Shown here piece by piece: positions 40,500 through 50,040 of a DNA stretch of 64,000 nucleotides (position 1 is its first letter; each line of letters begins with the position of its first letter). A program made the translations under genes and the position numbers. The notes beneath the pieces were generated by a model that searched no databases, was not told the origin of the DNA, and worked only from the letters and a program-made list of their open reading frames with translations. Origin of the DNA: Rikenellaceae bacterium. GTDB lineage: Bacteria; Bacteroidota; Bacteroidia; Bacteroidales; Rikenellaceae. The stretch is from contig JAWXTF010000001.1 in NCBI GenBank assembly GCA_044433965.1, positions 23,912 to 87,911 of the forward strand. The letters run 5' to 3'.

Positions 40500-40960
40500 G
40501 AAAACCCCTGTTAAAAACCTGTTAACAACCCCCAAAAACCTGTCAACAACCCTTAAAAAAATGTTAATTACTCATACAATATCATGATGATAACTATTAA
40601 TAAGTTTTATAACATTTCTATTGACAAGAGCGAAAAAATTTATAAGCAACAAAAGATCTTAAAAGTCAAGAAAAAGTTATTAAAAGTTATCATCAACAAT
40701 AATGTAGGGTTATCAAAGGTTAATGTTAACAAAAAATAGATGTTAATATGTTAATAAATATTGCAAACAATTGTTAACTTTGCGATGTTAAAACTATTAT
40801 ACTACTAAATTATAGCTATATAACAGTGATTTCTACAATTTAGTTATTAACAACTCGCAAATTTGTTGTTTATAACTAAATTGGTCAAATTGGTTATCAA
40901 CACTATCAACAGCTATTATATTTATTATTATAATTAAATTATTTATAAAGAAAAGAAAAA
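40500..40960. other. Candidate chromosomal replication origin (oriC)
   Basis: About 460 bp, very AT-rich and non-coding. DnaA-box-like 9-mers at 40520, 40541, 40690, 40724, 40749, 40844, 40867, 40894 and 40903; trio-like triplets CTA TTA TAT TTA TTA TTA TAA TTA at 40913-40936. Confidence 0.7.
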
Positions 40961-40971
40961 AGATAAGAGCT

Positions 40972-41913
40972 ATGAACCAAGAGTTAATTGAGAAGAAAAT
41001 CGAAATAATTGAAGAGCTTAAACGAGAGAAGGGTGCCGTGATCCTCTCGCACTACTACACCACCGAGGATGTTCAGCGTGTAGCAGACTTTCTGGGTGAT
41101 TCTCTTGCGCTATCGATCAAGGCGCAGAGTGTTGAAGCCGATGTGATTCTCTTTGCCGGGGTTCACTTTATGGCTGAGACTGCCAAGGTGCTATCGCCTC
41201 AGAAGCGTGTCTTGATCCCACGCACCGATGCTCTGTGCTCTCTTGCCGACTCTTGCCGTGCGGAGGATCTCGCTCTGCTTAAATCGCAACACCCTGCGCA
41301 CAAGGTTGTCTCTTATGTCAATACCACCGTTGGGGTGAAGGCATTGACTGATATCTGTTGCACCTCGTCGAATGCCCTCGACGTAGTACGCTCTATTGAC
41401 CCTTCAGAGCCTATTATTTTCGCTCCAGACCGCAACTTGGGCTCCTATATCCAGAAGCTCACCGGAAGGGATAATATGATCCTCTGGGACGGTGCATGCC
41501 ATGTGCATGAGGAGTTCTCATTGGAGGCGATACTCAAACTCAAAGAAGAGCACAGAGCAGCCAAAGTTGTGGTGCACCCCGAATGTCGTGCCTACATCGT
41601 CGAGATTGCCGACTTTGTGGGCTCCACAGCGGCGATACTTGACTATTGTGGTGGTGAGGATCTCGATGAGTTTATAGTAGTTACAGAGGCGGGAATACTC
41701 GCTGAGATGAGACGTCGATACCCCACAAAGAGCTTTATCCCCGCTCCACCTATCGACTCCACTTGTGGTTGCAATAACTGTAACTATATGAAGATGATAA
41801 CGCTCGACAATATTATATCCACTCTTGAGAATATGTCTCCCGAAGTGGAGCTCGATGAAGAGGTGCGACAGGCTGCCGAAAGATCTATTATCAACATGAT
41901 TCAGTATAGCTAA
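40972..41913 (+). CDS. nadA: Quinolinate synthase
   Basis: Motifs ILSHYY, GDSLALS, GVHFMAETAK, CSLADSC, YVNT, CHVH, HPEC and CNYMK. Confidence 0.97.
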   Translation: MNQELIEKKIEIIEELKREKGAVILSHYYTTEDVQRVADFLGDSLALSIKAQSVEADVILFAGVHFMAETAKVLSPQKRVLIPRTDALCSLADSCRAEDLALLKSQHPAHKVVSYVNTTVGVKALTDICCTSSNALDVVRSIDPSEPIIFAPDRNLGSYIQKLTGRDNMILWDGACHVHEEFSLEAILKLKEEHRAAKVVVHPECRAYIVEIADFVGSTAAILDYCGGEDLDEFIVVTEAGILAEMRRRYPTKSFIPAPPIDSTCGCNNCNYMKMITLDNIISTLENMSPEVELDEEVRQAAERSIINMIQYS

Positions 41914-41934
41914 ATCATTGATTACACTTAACTG

Positions 41935-41983
41935 AACTGCCTTCGGCAGGTGGGGTATTATCTTCCACCTGCCGAAGGCAGTT
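41935..41983. terminator. Hairpin between convergent nadA and deoC (likely bidirectional terminator)
   Basis: Perfect 19-bp stem aactgccttcggcaggtgg / ccacctgccgaaggcagtt with an 11-nt loop. Confidence 0.75.
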
Positions 41984-42048
41984 ATAATTTCAAGAATACT
42001 AATTAAGGTTTAAACCTCACTAAGCCTTAATTCGTGTTAAGAAGTATG

Positions 42049-42927
42049 TTAATAATATTTCACCTCTTTGCCCTCTATTGCTGATATCAGGTTGTTGGCA
42101 GCCGATGAAGCACCAATACGGAAGAGTGATGTTGTGAGCCACTCGCGACCGAGAATCTCCTCAACTATAGTGTAGTAGAGTGCTGCATCTTCGGGTGTGC
42201 GAACGCCTCCAGCCACCTTGAATCCTATCTTTGTGCCCGTAGCATCGTAGTAGTCTTTTATCGCTTGACATATCACCACTGCCGCTTGTGGAGTTGCTGC
42301 AATGTCGATCTTGCCTGTTGAGGTCTTTACGAAGTCGGCACCCGCAAAGATTGATAGTAGGGATGCTGCACGTATATGCTTAGGCTCCTTGAGGGCTCCA
42401 CTCTCGATAATTACCTTTAGGATGATCTCGGGCTCCATCTCCTCGCGTATCACCTCCACCTCGTTGGCTGCCAGCTCATAGCTCCCCGAGAGTATCATGC
42501 CTACATTCATCACAATATCAATCTCATCGGCTCCATTCTCCATCGCCATTGCTGTTTCGAGTGCCTTCACCTCCAAAAATGTCTGCGAGGCAGGGAAGCC
42601 CGCCGAGACACTTGTGATGCGCATTGGAGTACCATCAACAACTAAACCCACAGTCTCGACAAAGGAGGGAAAGATGCAGATAGATGCCACATTGGGAATG
42701 TGGGGATACTCCCGGTAAAAATCTACACACTTGGTTGCAAATTGACGTACAGACTCCTCAGAGTCGTTGCACGATAGGGTAGTGAGGTCTATTGCCGAAA
42801 AGCAGAATTTATATACATCAACATTGTGGTTGCGCTTTGAAAGCTCCTCAAAGGTTGCAACTTGCGCTGCCACCTGCTCGGGTGTTGCCGCTGCGCCATA
42901 TCCATTTAAAAGGTTTGTGTACTCCAT
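42049..42927 (-). CDS. deoC: Deoxyribose-phosphate aldolase
   Basis: Motifs IDLTTL, GFP, GADEIDIV, LKVIIE, FVKTSTGK, FKVAGG and RIGASS. Confidence 0.95.
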   Translation of the reverse strand: MEYTNLLNGYGAAATPEQVAAQVATFEELSKRNHNVDVYKFCFSAIDLTTLSCNDSEESVRQFATKCVDFYREYPHIPNVASICIFPSFVETVGLVVDGTPMRITSVSAGFPASQTFLEVKALETAMAMENGADEIDIVMNVGMILSGSYELAANEVEVIREEMEPEIILKVIIESGALKEPKHIRAASLLSIFAGADFVKTSTGKIDIAATPQAAVVICQAIKDYYDATGTKIGFKVAGGVRTPEDAALYYTIVEEILGREWLTTSLFRIGASSAANNLISAIEGKEVKYY

Positions 42928-43012
42928 AAATTTGGTTGTAAAAGTGTTTGCTACAAAGATATGAATAAATTAGAAGAGTTACAAATTCAATTCATAATTC
43001 ATAATTTATAAT

Positions 43013-43534
43013 TCATAATTCACAACACTCCTTTGCAACTCTCTCTATTTGGCTACTCTCAACATCATTGGTTAGCACCTTATAGAAAAAGTTTTCAACA
43101 CTCTCATAATTGTTGTTGATCTTTCCCGAAAGACAGCGGTAGAAGTCATTAAGCTGCTCTACACTGAGGCTATCTGCCAAAATACCCTGGTTGATAAGCG
43201 TGCGGTAGGGGTAGAGGTAGCGCAACGAGGTGGCATCGGCGTCGATATCTTCGATGATGCTCGCAACAACCCACATATCTAAACTGTCGTTGTATGAGGG
43301 CATAACAACAAGCTGTGAATAGATAGGGTAACTCCGCTCAACATCTGTTGAAATGTTGTTCGCAAAGAGTACAAATTCAGCATTGTTGAACTCATTGAGA
43401 TAGACCATGTCGCGGTAATTGTCAATTGTTGCTGCAAACTCAACTCTTTCATCATCAGTCCATTTGGTAGGTTGTGAACAACCAATTGTTAATAACATTA
43501 GCACCACAATAGCGCTTAATAGTGATTTTCTCAT
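43013..43534 (-). CDS. Hypothetical lipoprotein
   Basis: MRKSLLSAIVVLMLLTIGC lipoprotein signal. Confidence 0.7.
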   Translation of the reverse strand: MRKSLLSAIVVLMLLTIGCSQPTKWTDDERVEFAATIDNYRDMVYLNEFNNAEFVLFANNISTDVERSYPIYSQLVVMPSYNDSLDMWVVASIIEDIDADATSLRYLYPYRTLINQGILADSLSVEQLNDFYRCLSGKINNNYESVENFFYKVLTNDVESSQIERVAKECCEL

Positions 43535-43593
43535 AAATGTTTATATTTGTTAATTTATCTTCGTGCGGCAAGTTCAATGCCATTTATTTATAC

Positions 43594-44084
43594 TGCTCTC
43601 TGTGCGCTTCTTTCTGTGCGCTTCTTTCTGCTTGCGGTTGCTTTCTGTGCGCTTCGGTTGGGTTCTTGCGGTGCTTTCTGTGCGCTTCTTACTGCCTCCG
43701 GCGGGCTGGGATAGCACCCCCGCGGGTGCGTATCATTGCGCTTTGGGCTTAGAGATTGCATCTCTAAGATTATAAAGATCAAAGAGTTGCCGCAAATAAA
43801 TTTGCACAACTCTTTGGTCTTTATAATTTTTAAATGCCTATGGCATTTAAACCCAAATCGAGGTTCACCTCGCTGATGTCGCGGTAGCTGCCGTAAACTC
43901 ATTTGCACAATTTCCTGATCTTTATAATTTTTAAATGCCTATGGCATTTAAATCAAAATCGAGGTGATCCTCGCTGATGTGCAAGGGGGCAAAGCCCCAC
44001 CACATCAGTGCAACAAAAAGTCAAAAACGACAGTTTTTGGATCCAAGCTTAGCTTGGTGCCGCGCGGCACGAGCGCGATAAGCA
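43594..44084 (+). repeat. Modular palindromic repeat family, copy 7 (the only copy in a divergent intergenic region)
   Basis: Several tandem ttctgtgcgctt linkers, an internal partial duplication, and loss of the large tgaaa hairpin module. Confidence 0.95.
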
Positions 44085-44258
44085 GTTATTTTCAGGTGTT
44101 TCAAAGAGTAGGAAATAATGGTAATTCCGAAATATTTTATATCTTTGCATCAATCAATGTAAAATAAAATTGATGTTAATCACGTTACATTATTGGGGAG
44201 ATTATATCTCGACCGGAGAAGTAACAAAAATAAGTAACAACCTTAAAACACCAAAGGC

Positions 44259-45566
44259 ATGAAAAAGTTCAGATTTATAGCAATCATGACGGCCGTTGTA
44301 ACTCTTGCAGGTAGTTGTTCTTCAGCTATGTACCAGAGTTCTGCTGGTTGGGGTGACGACCTTTACGGGGTTCATAACCAGACCGCAATATACCAAAAAC
44401 AGATAGCGCAGGCGCAGGCGCGACAGGCGGAAGCCGAGGCACGCAAAGCTGAGGCGGAGGCATTAGCAGCCGAGTGGAGGGCAATTACTGCTGGCAGCTC
44501 AGTTGATAACGAGGCATATTCGAGGAGTGAATATGACACTAAGTATTCAAATTTATTGAGTAAATTTGATGATGAGGTATATGTGCTTCCAGACTCATAC
44601 TATGCACTTGCCAGTGAGGATGGAGTGTCATATGTCGATGCATACGACCCTACGGCATCAACGGTGATTATTTCGGGTGATGTCTATGTCTCACCGCTCT
44701 ACACCTCGTCGATGTTTGGTTATTGGGGAGCTACCTCCTACTTTGACTATGCATACTACTCACCCTATTGGCGTTCGTCGTGGTTCTACACACCCTACTA
44801 CTACAACTCGTGGTATGGTTACAACCACTACTCATGGGGCTACTGGAACTGGAATTTCTGCTATAGTCCCTTCTATGATCCTTGGTACTACCCAAGCTAC
44901 CGCCCCTACCACCACTATGGCTACTCGAACCCATATAGCAACCGCGACTACTACCGTACAAACCGTGCGGGAGGCGCAAGCAGCAGCCGTAGCAATAACC
45001 GCTACATCCCGGGAGCTACAAGCAACTCGGGCTCTACACGCACCTCACGAAGTTCTATCTCTTCTACTCGTGGCTCGGCATCAAGCTACACAACTCCGTC
45101 GAGCATTACTACACGTTCGATAAGTGCCACTCGCGGCAGCAGCGCGACAACATCTTCATCGAGCATCTCCAACCGCAACCAAGGAAGTATACCTTCGAAT
45201 GCAACTCGCACATCAAGTTATAGCCGCAAGGTGGTGTCGACCAGCCCAACAAGCTCATCATCGAGCAGGAATACGGCAACGGCAGCAGCCTCAAGCAGCT
45301 CGACAAACGCTAAGAGAAGCTCTCGATTCTCGTTCTCCACATCGCAGAATGAAAATAGTAGTTCTTCATCTTCGCGCAGCAGCAGCAGTTACAACAACAA
45401 CAACTCGCGCAGCAGCAACAACAACTACTATAACAATAACAGCAGCAGCTACAATTCGCGTAGCAGCTTCGGCAGCAGCTCAAGGAGCAGTGGCAGCAGC
45501 TTTAGTAGTGGCAGCAGCAGTGGCGGTTCGCGCAGCATCAGCAGTGGCAGCTCACGTGGCCGTTAG
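44259..45566 (+). CDS. Lipoprotein with a Tyr/Trp-rich middle and a Ser/Arg/Asn-rich disordered tail
   Basis: Lipobox AGSC, DDLY motif and an AGC/AAC-rich 3' end; TATCTTTG promoter box at 44140-44147. Confidence 0.8.
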   Translation: MKKFRFIAIMTAVVTLAGSCSSAMYQSSAGWGDDLYGVHNQTAIYQKQIAQAQARQAEAEARKAEAEALAAEWRAITAGSSVDNEAYSRSEYDTKYSNLLSKFDDEVYVLPDSYYALASEDGVSYVDAYDPTASTVIISGDVYVSPLYTSSMFGYWGATSYFDYAYYSPYWRSSWFYTPYYYNSWYGYNHYSWGYWNWNFCYSPFYDPWYYPSYRPYHHYGYSNPYSNRDYYRTNRAGGASSSRSNNRYIPGATSNSGSTRTSRSSISSTRGSASSYTTPSSITTRSISATRGSSATTSSSSISNRNQGSIPSNATRTSSYSRKVVSTSPTSSSSSRNTATAAASSSSTNAKRSSRFSFSTSQNENSSSSSSRSSSSYNNNNSRSSNNNYYNNNSSSYNSRSSFGSSSRSSGSSFSSGSSSGGSRSISSGSSRGR

Positions 45567-45651
45567 TTGAGATAAGTTAAAATATTATTGCCCACAATTT
45601 TGGAATAGATTTTGTGGGCTTTACTACCCAGAATATCAAAGATAGATAGTT

Positions 45652-47337
45652 ATGAAACGTAGATTATCAATAGCGCTACTCGCAACAGTAGCAGCAACAC
45701 TAATTTCGACAAATACAGAGGCTCAGACCTATGGCGGATGGGTTCTCGACCACGATATAATGATGCCGACAGACTTCGCAATGCTCTCACAGACTCAAGT
45801 ATTTGGCACCTCTCGCTCGATGGCTATGGGTGGTGCATTTACCTCGTTGGGTGCCGACCTCTCGTCGAGTGTGATTAACCCCGCAGGTTTGGGAATGTAT
45901 GCCCACGAGACCCTATCATTTACTCCGAAGCTCTCTATTGCTAACTCTCTCAACTCGGGAGTACCCTCCTGGATTGGTAACAGCAAAACGAATTTCGGAT
46001 TCTCTAACTTAGGCGCCTCATTCAAATTGGTTGAGAATGGCAAAGGCTCACTCATTGCGCTCAATGGTGCGATAACCTACAACCGTTTGGCGGACTATAA
46101 TACACGTACCTCGTTCTCCTCGGAGAGTCTCTACGACCCCACGACCGATGACTTGGTACCCTCGATAGCCGATATCTTTATCGGTCAGTTGGCTGGAGCA
46201 GAAATCTTCCCCGACTCAGAGGGTGGTATGAGCTACGATAATAACCCCTACTTTTGGCCTGCTCAATCAGCCTATAAGACATACCTTATCGACCCTTTGA
46301 GTGGCAACAGCGGCTGGGGTACCAACACAATAGGTCACAACGCCTCGGTTCTTAGCTCAATGGAGATGGTCCAACGCGGGCGTGCCGACGAATATTCATT
46401 TGCTATTGGTGGCAATGTGGGTAACTTCCTCTATTTTGGCGCAACCCTTGGCTTGCAGGATATCAACCAAGTTACCGAGTATACCTACCAAGAGGAGTAT
46501 AACTACTACTCTGACGAGGGCTATGCCTATGGTTCGGCTGCCGACCTCGACCCACTGGACTACCAAGCAAGCTACACCAATATATGGCAAAAAACGGCTA
46601 TCAGTGGTGTGGGCTACAACCTTAAGTTGGGTCTTATAGCTCGTCCTACGCGCTCACTACGCATTGGAGTTGCACTCCACTCACCAACCTACTACAGCTT
46701 GGCTCGCACCTACGAGACTTCGACAGCAACCAATATCCTTGGTAATGCCTCTGGTCTCACCCCCTCGGAGGAGTTCTGGGTATCGTCACCCCAATTTATC
46801 GACAATTATGAGTATAGCTGGAACTTCCGCACACCACCAAAACTTCTTGTGGGAACCTCGCTTCAAGTGGGTGCTATAGGCATAATCTCTCTCGACTATG
46901 AGCGTCAGTGGTACAATTCAATCAGAGTTAGTAATGCCCCTGGAGAACTCACCACGGAGGATTACAAAGCCTCTTATAAGGGAGCCTACCAACCTACCAA
47001 CACCTTCCGCCTTGGTATCGAGGTCAAACCTCTACCCCTTGTGGCACTCCGCGCTGGTGGTGGCGTAAGCAGCTCTATGGTCAAAGATGAGACTCTCTTC
47101 TACAGCTCACCTGTGGCTACCGACTCATCGTATATTACATGTGGTCTTGGCTTCCAACTATCAGCTACTACAACACTCGATTTGGCATACCAATATCACC
47201 ACCAAAACTACTCTCCATACTACCTGTTCTTCACCGAAACCGCCGCCGATAATAGTAGTGTGTTGAGAGGCAGCAACCTCTTCGAGACATCGATGGATAG
47301 AAGCTTTATCACAGCGACACTCACATTTAGAATGTAA
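45652..47337 (+). CDS. Outer-membrane FadL/OmpP1/TodX-like beta-barrel (often labelled hemin receptor)
   Basis: Signal peptide; GTSRSMAMGGAFTSLGADLSS..INPAGLG plug motif; terminal aromatic strand. Confidence 0.85.
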   Translation: MKRRLSIALLATVAATLISTNTEAQTYGGWVLDHDIMMPTDFAMLSQTQVFGTSRSMAMGGAFTSLGADLSSSVINPAGLGMYAHETLSFTPKLSIANSLNSGVPSWIGNSKTNFGFSNLGASFKLVENGKGSLIALNGAITYNRLADYNTRTSFSSESLYDPTTDDLVPSIADIFIGQLAGAEIFPDSEGGMSYDNNPYFWPAQSAYKTYLIDPLSGNSGWGTNTIGHNASVLSSMEMVQRGRADEYSFAIGGNVGNFLYFGATLGLQDINQVTEYTYQEEYNYYSDEGYAYGSAADLDPLDYQASYTNIWQKTAISGVGYNLKLGLIARPTRSLRIGVALHSPTYYSLARTYETSTATNILGNASGLTPSEEFWVSSPQFIDNYEYSWNFRTPPKLLVGTSLQVGAIGIISLDYERQWYNSIRVSNAPGELTTEDYKASYKGAYQPTNTFRLGIEVKPLPLVALRAGGGVSSSMVKDETLFYSSPVATDSSYITCGLGFQLSATTTLDLAYQYHHQNYSPYYLFFTETAADNSSVLRGSNLFETSMDRSFITATLTFRM

Positions 47338-47356
47338 ATTCCCCCTTAATTTAAAG

Positions 47357-48160
47357 ATGGAAACAAGCCACTTTTTATACGCCTTTGCCCTCACCCTCTT
47401 TGCAGGCTTAGCAACGGGCATTGGTAGTCTTATTGCGCTTGTAGCACGTCGAACCAACAAAACATTGCTCTCATTCTCGCTGGGTCTCTCGGCGGGAGTG
47501 ATGATCTATGTCTCCTTTGTGGAGCTCTTTGGTGAGGCACAGCACTCCCTCACTCTCTCATTTGGTGAGCAGATGGGCTCCCTCTACACTATTTTTGCCT
47601 TCTTTGGCGGTGTAACTCTTATCGCACTTATCGACTTTGTGGTTCCCTCGGCAGATAACCCCCACGAACTACGCGGGGTGGAGGATATCGAGAAGAGTGA
47701 CCCCACGGCTCGCCTACACCGCATGGGGCTACTCACAGCTCTCGCTATAGCTATCCACAACTTCCCAGAGGGAATAGCTACATTTGCTACAGCCTATGAG
47801 GATCCTTCACTTGGTTTGGCGATTGCTGTCGCTGTAGCGATACACAATATCCCCGAGGGGATAGCCGTATCAGTGCCAATATTCTACTCCACAGGGAGCC
47901 GCAAGAAGGCTTTCTGGTACTCGCTGCTGTCGGGTCTTGCAGAGCCTTTAGGGGGGATCATAGCATATCTTATACTCTCGCCACTGCTCTCCGACGAGCT
48001 AATTGGAGTTGTTCTCGCCTCGGTTGCTGGAATCATGGTCTATATTGCAGTCGATGAGTTGCTGCCCGCTGCCCGCGAATATGGGCGTGAGCATGTCTCA
48101 ATACTTGGCTTCATATTGGGTATGGCGATAATGGCAATAAGTTTAATACTACTAATATAA
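47357..48160 (+). CDS. zupT: ZIP-family zinc transporter
   Basis: Motifs SAGVMIYVSFVE, IAIHNFPEG and HNIPEGIAVSVPI. Confidence 0.95.
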   Translation: METSHFLYAFALTLFAGLATGIGSLIALVARRTNKTLLSFSLGLSAGVMIYVSFVELFGEAQHSLTLSFGEQMGSLYTIFAFFGGVTLIALIDFVVPSADNPHELRGVEDIEKSDPTARLHRMGLLTALAIAIHNFPEGIATFATAYEDPSLGLAIAVAVAIHNIPEGIAVSVPIFYSTGSRKKAFWYSLLSGLAEPLGGIIAYLILSPLLSDELIGVVLASVAGIMVYIAVDELLPAAREYGREHVSILGFILGMAIMAISLILLI

Positions 48161-48194
48161 ACCCTATATTTTTCTCTACACACCAAACTTATTT

Positions 48195-49127
48195 ATGATT
48201 AACATTCTACTCCTTGTTGGAGGTATTCTCCTGATTTTGGGTGGTGCAAACTACCTTACCGATGGCTCGGCAGCGTTGGCAAAACGTCTCAATGTATCGG
48301 AATTTATTATTGGACTCACTATTGTTGCAATTGGCACCTCCACCCCTGAGCTTGTTGTGAGCGTTTTTTCGGCTCTCAATGGCAGTGGCGCGATGGCTAT
48401 TGGCAATGTGGTAGGCTCGAACATCTTCAACACCTATGTGATCTTGGGTATCTGTGCACTCTTCGCACCTGTTGCGCTCACAGAGCGCAATATGAAGGTA
48501 GATATACCTATGGGTATATTGGTATCAACAATTCTACTTTTGGTCTGCTTGGGTGGCACGATACAACGCTACTACGGCATTGTGATGCTTCTTATCTACG
48601 TTGCACTTATCATCTACTCTATCAAAACCTCGAAGGGTGATACCTCAGATGCCGAAGAGGGTGAGGAGATCAAGGTGTTGCCTATGTGGTTGACTCTTGT
48701 GATGGTTGTAGGAGGTCTGGCAGCACTTATCTATGGAGGTAATATATTCCTTGAGGGTGCTGTCAATATCGCCAAGGAGAATAATATTCCCGACAATATC
48801 ATCGCTATCACGCTCCTCGCTGGAGGAACCTCACTACCCGAGTTAGCTGCTTCAATAGTATCGCTTATCAAGGGCAAATCTGATATTGCGCTGGGCAATG
48901 TTATCGGCTCCAATATCGCAAATATATTGTTGGTACTTGGTGCAAGCTCCTCTATAATACCTTTGTCGATGGGAAGCATAACGCTTTACGATATCATAGT
49001 TGTATTGTTTGGTTCCATGATGCTCTACATCAGCGGTTACACATTTGGGAAGCGCCAAATATCGAAGGTTGAAGGCGCCCTGATGCTACTTATATATGGT
49101 GGCTACATATGGTGGCTATTATCCTAA
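48195..49127 (+). CDS. Calcium/sodium antiporter (YrbG family)
   Basis: Alpha repeats GTSTPEL...GNVVGSNIFN and GTSLPEL...GNVIGSNIAN. Confidence 0.93.
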   Translation: MINILLLVGGILLILGGANYLTDGSAALAKRLNVSEFIIGLTIVAIGTSTPELVVSVFSALNGSGAMAIGNVVGSNIFNTYVILGICALFAPVALTERNMKVDIPMGILVSTILLLVCLGGTIQRYYGIVMLLIYVALIIYSIKTSKGDTSDAEEGEEIKVLPMWLTLVMVVGGLAALIYGGNIFLEGAVNIAKENNIPDNIIAITLLAGGTSLPELAASIVSLIKGKSDIALGNVIGSNIANILLVLGASSSIIPLSMGSITLYDIIVVLFGSMMLYISGYTFGKRQISKVEGALMLLIYGGYIWWLLS

Positions 49128-49131
49128 AATC

Positions 49132-49749
49132 ATGGAGAAATTAGAATTCCCCTTAACAACATCATTTCAGGTAGCACTTATTGAGGCTGGTTGCGATGAG
49201 GCAGGTCGCGGATGCTTGGCAGGAGATCTTTTTGCAGCTGCGGTGATCCTACCTGCCGGTTTCTCGCACCCTCATCTCAACGACTCGAAGAAGATGAGTC
49301 TGAGGCGTCGCAATGAGCTACGACACATCATCGAGCAGGAGGCTATTGCTTGGGCTGTGGAGCCACTAAGCGCTGCACGCATAGATGAGATCAATATCCT
49401 AAATGCCTCTTTCGAGGCTATGTCTATGGCTGTTAAAAGGCTCTCCACAACACCCGAGCTGCTCTCAATAGATGGTAATAGGTTTAAGACAGAGCTTCAG
49501 ATACCCTTCAACTGCATAGTTAAAGGAGATGGTAAATATGCAAATATTGCTGCCGCCTCGGTACTCGCAAAGACCTACCGCGATGAGTATATGGAGCGTA
49601 TTGATGAGGAGTATCCCCAATATGGATGGAAGAAAAATAAAGGATATCCAACTCTTCAACATCGATTGGCGATAGCTGAGCATGGGTTATCCCCCTATCA
49701 TCGTCTGAGTTTTAATAGCGGTGTGGGGCAGTTGAAGATTGAGTTTTAG
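49132..49749 (+). CDS. rnhB: Ribonuclease HII
   Basis: Motifs GCDEAGRG, LNDSKK, IDGN, KGDG and IAAASVLAK. Start taken at the ATG at 49132. Confidence 0.96.
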   Translation: MEKLEFPLTTSFQVALIEAGCDEAGRGCLAGDLFAAAVILPAGFSHPHLNDSKKMSLRRRNELRHIIEQEAIAWAVEPLSAARIDEINILNASFEAMSMAVKRLSTTPELLSIDGNRFKTELQIPFNCIVKGDGKYANIAAASVLAKTYRDEYMERIDEEYPQYGWKKNKGYPTLQHRLAIAEHGLSPYHRLSFNSGVGQLKIEF

Positions 49750-49792
49750 GGAGTTGCTGAGAGTTTTTTTTCTGGGACTTTCTGAGACGTAT

Positions 49793-50040
49793 GCGAGGTG
49801 AACCTCGGTGATTTGCTCATGGCAACCGGAGGTTGACATTAAAAAAATAGTATACTTAAGTGTTGAAAATTCATTTTCAAAAGCTTAAGTATACTATTTT
49901 TTTTGTAGTCGCTGCAAGCGACGAGCAAATCAGTGCAATAATACGCACCCGCGGGGGTGCTATCCCCGCCCGCCGGAGGCAATCCGAAGCGCACAGCAAG
50001 CAACCGCAAGCAACTCGAAGCGCACAGCAAGCAACCGCAA
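49793..50040. repeat. Modular palindromic repeat family, copy 8 (diverged composite)
   Basis: A forward large-hairpin module with replaced arms, plus a reverse left-end module, between convergent genes. Confidence 0.9.

Noticed and set aside
40500-40971. NAD riboswitch or Rex operator upstream of nadA
   Set aside because: The region is too AT-rich for a recognisable aptamer, and I found no correctly spaced TTGT(G/T)AA-n4-TT(C/A)ACAA palindrome. The boxes fit DnaA-type 9-mers better.
45300-45566. (AGC)n/(AAC)n tracts as a phase-variation or non-coding repeat
   Set aside because: They are in-frame triplets encoding the Ser/Asn-rich protein tail.
45590-45619. Terminator between the lipoprotein and the FadL-like gene
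   Set aside because: It has only an 8-bp stem with a 14-nt loop and a short T-run, which is too weak to call.
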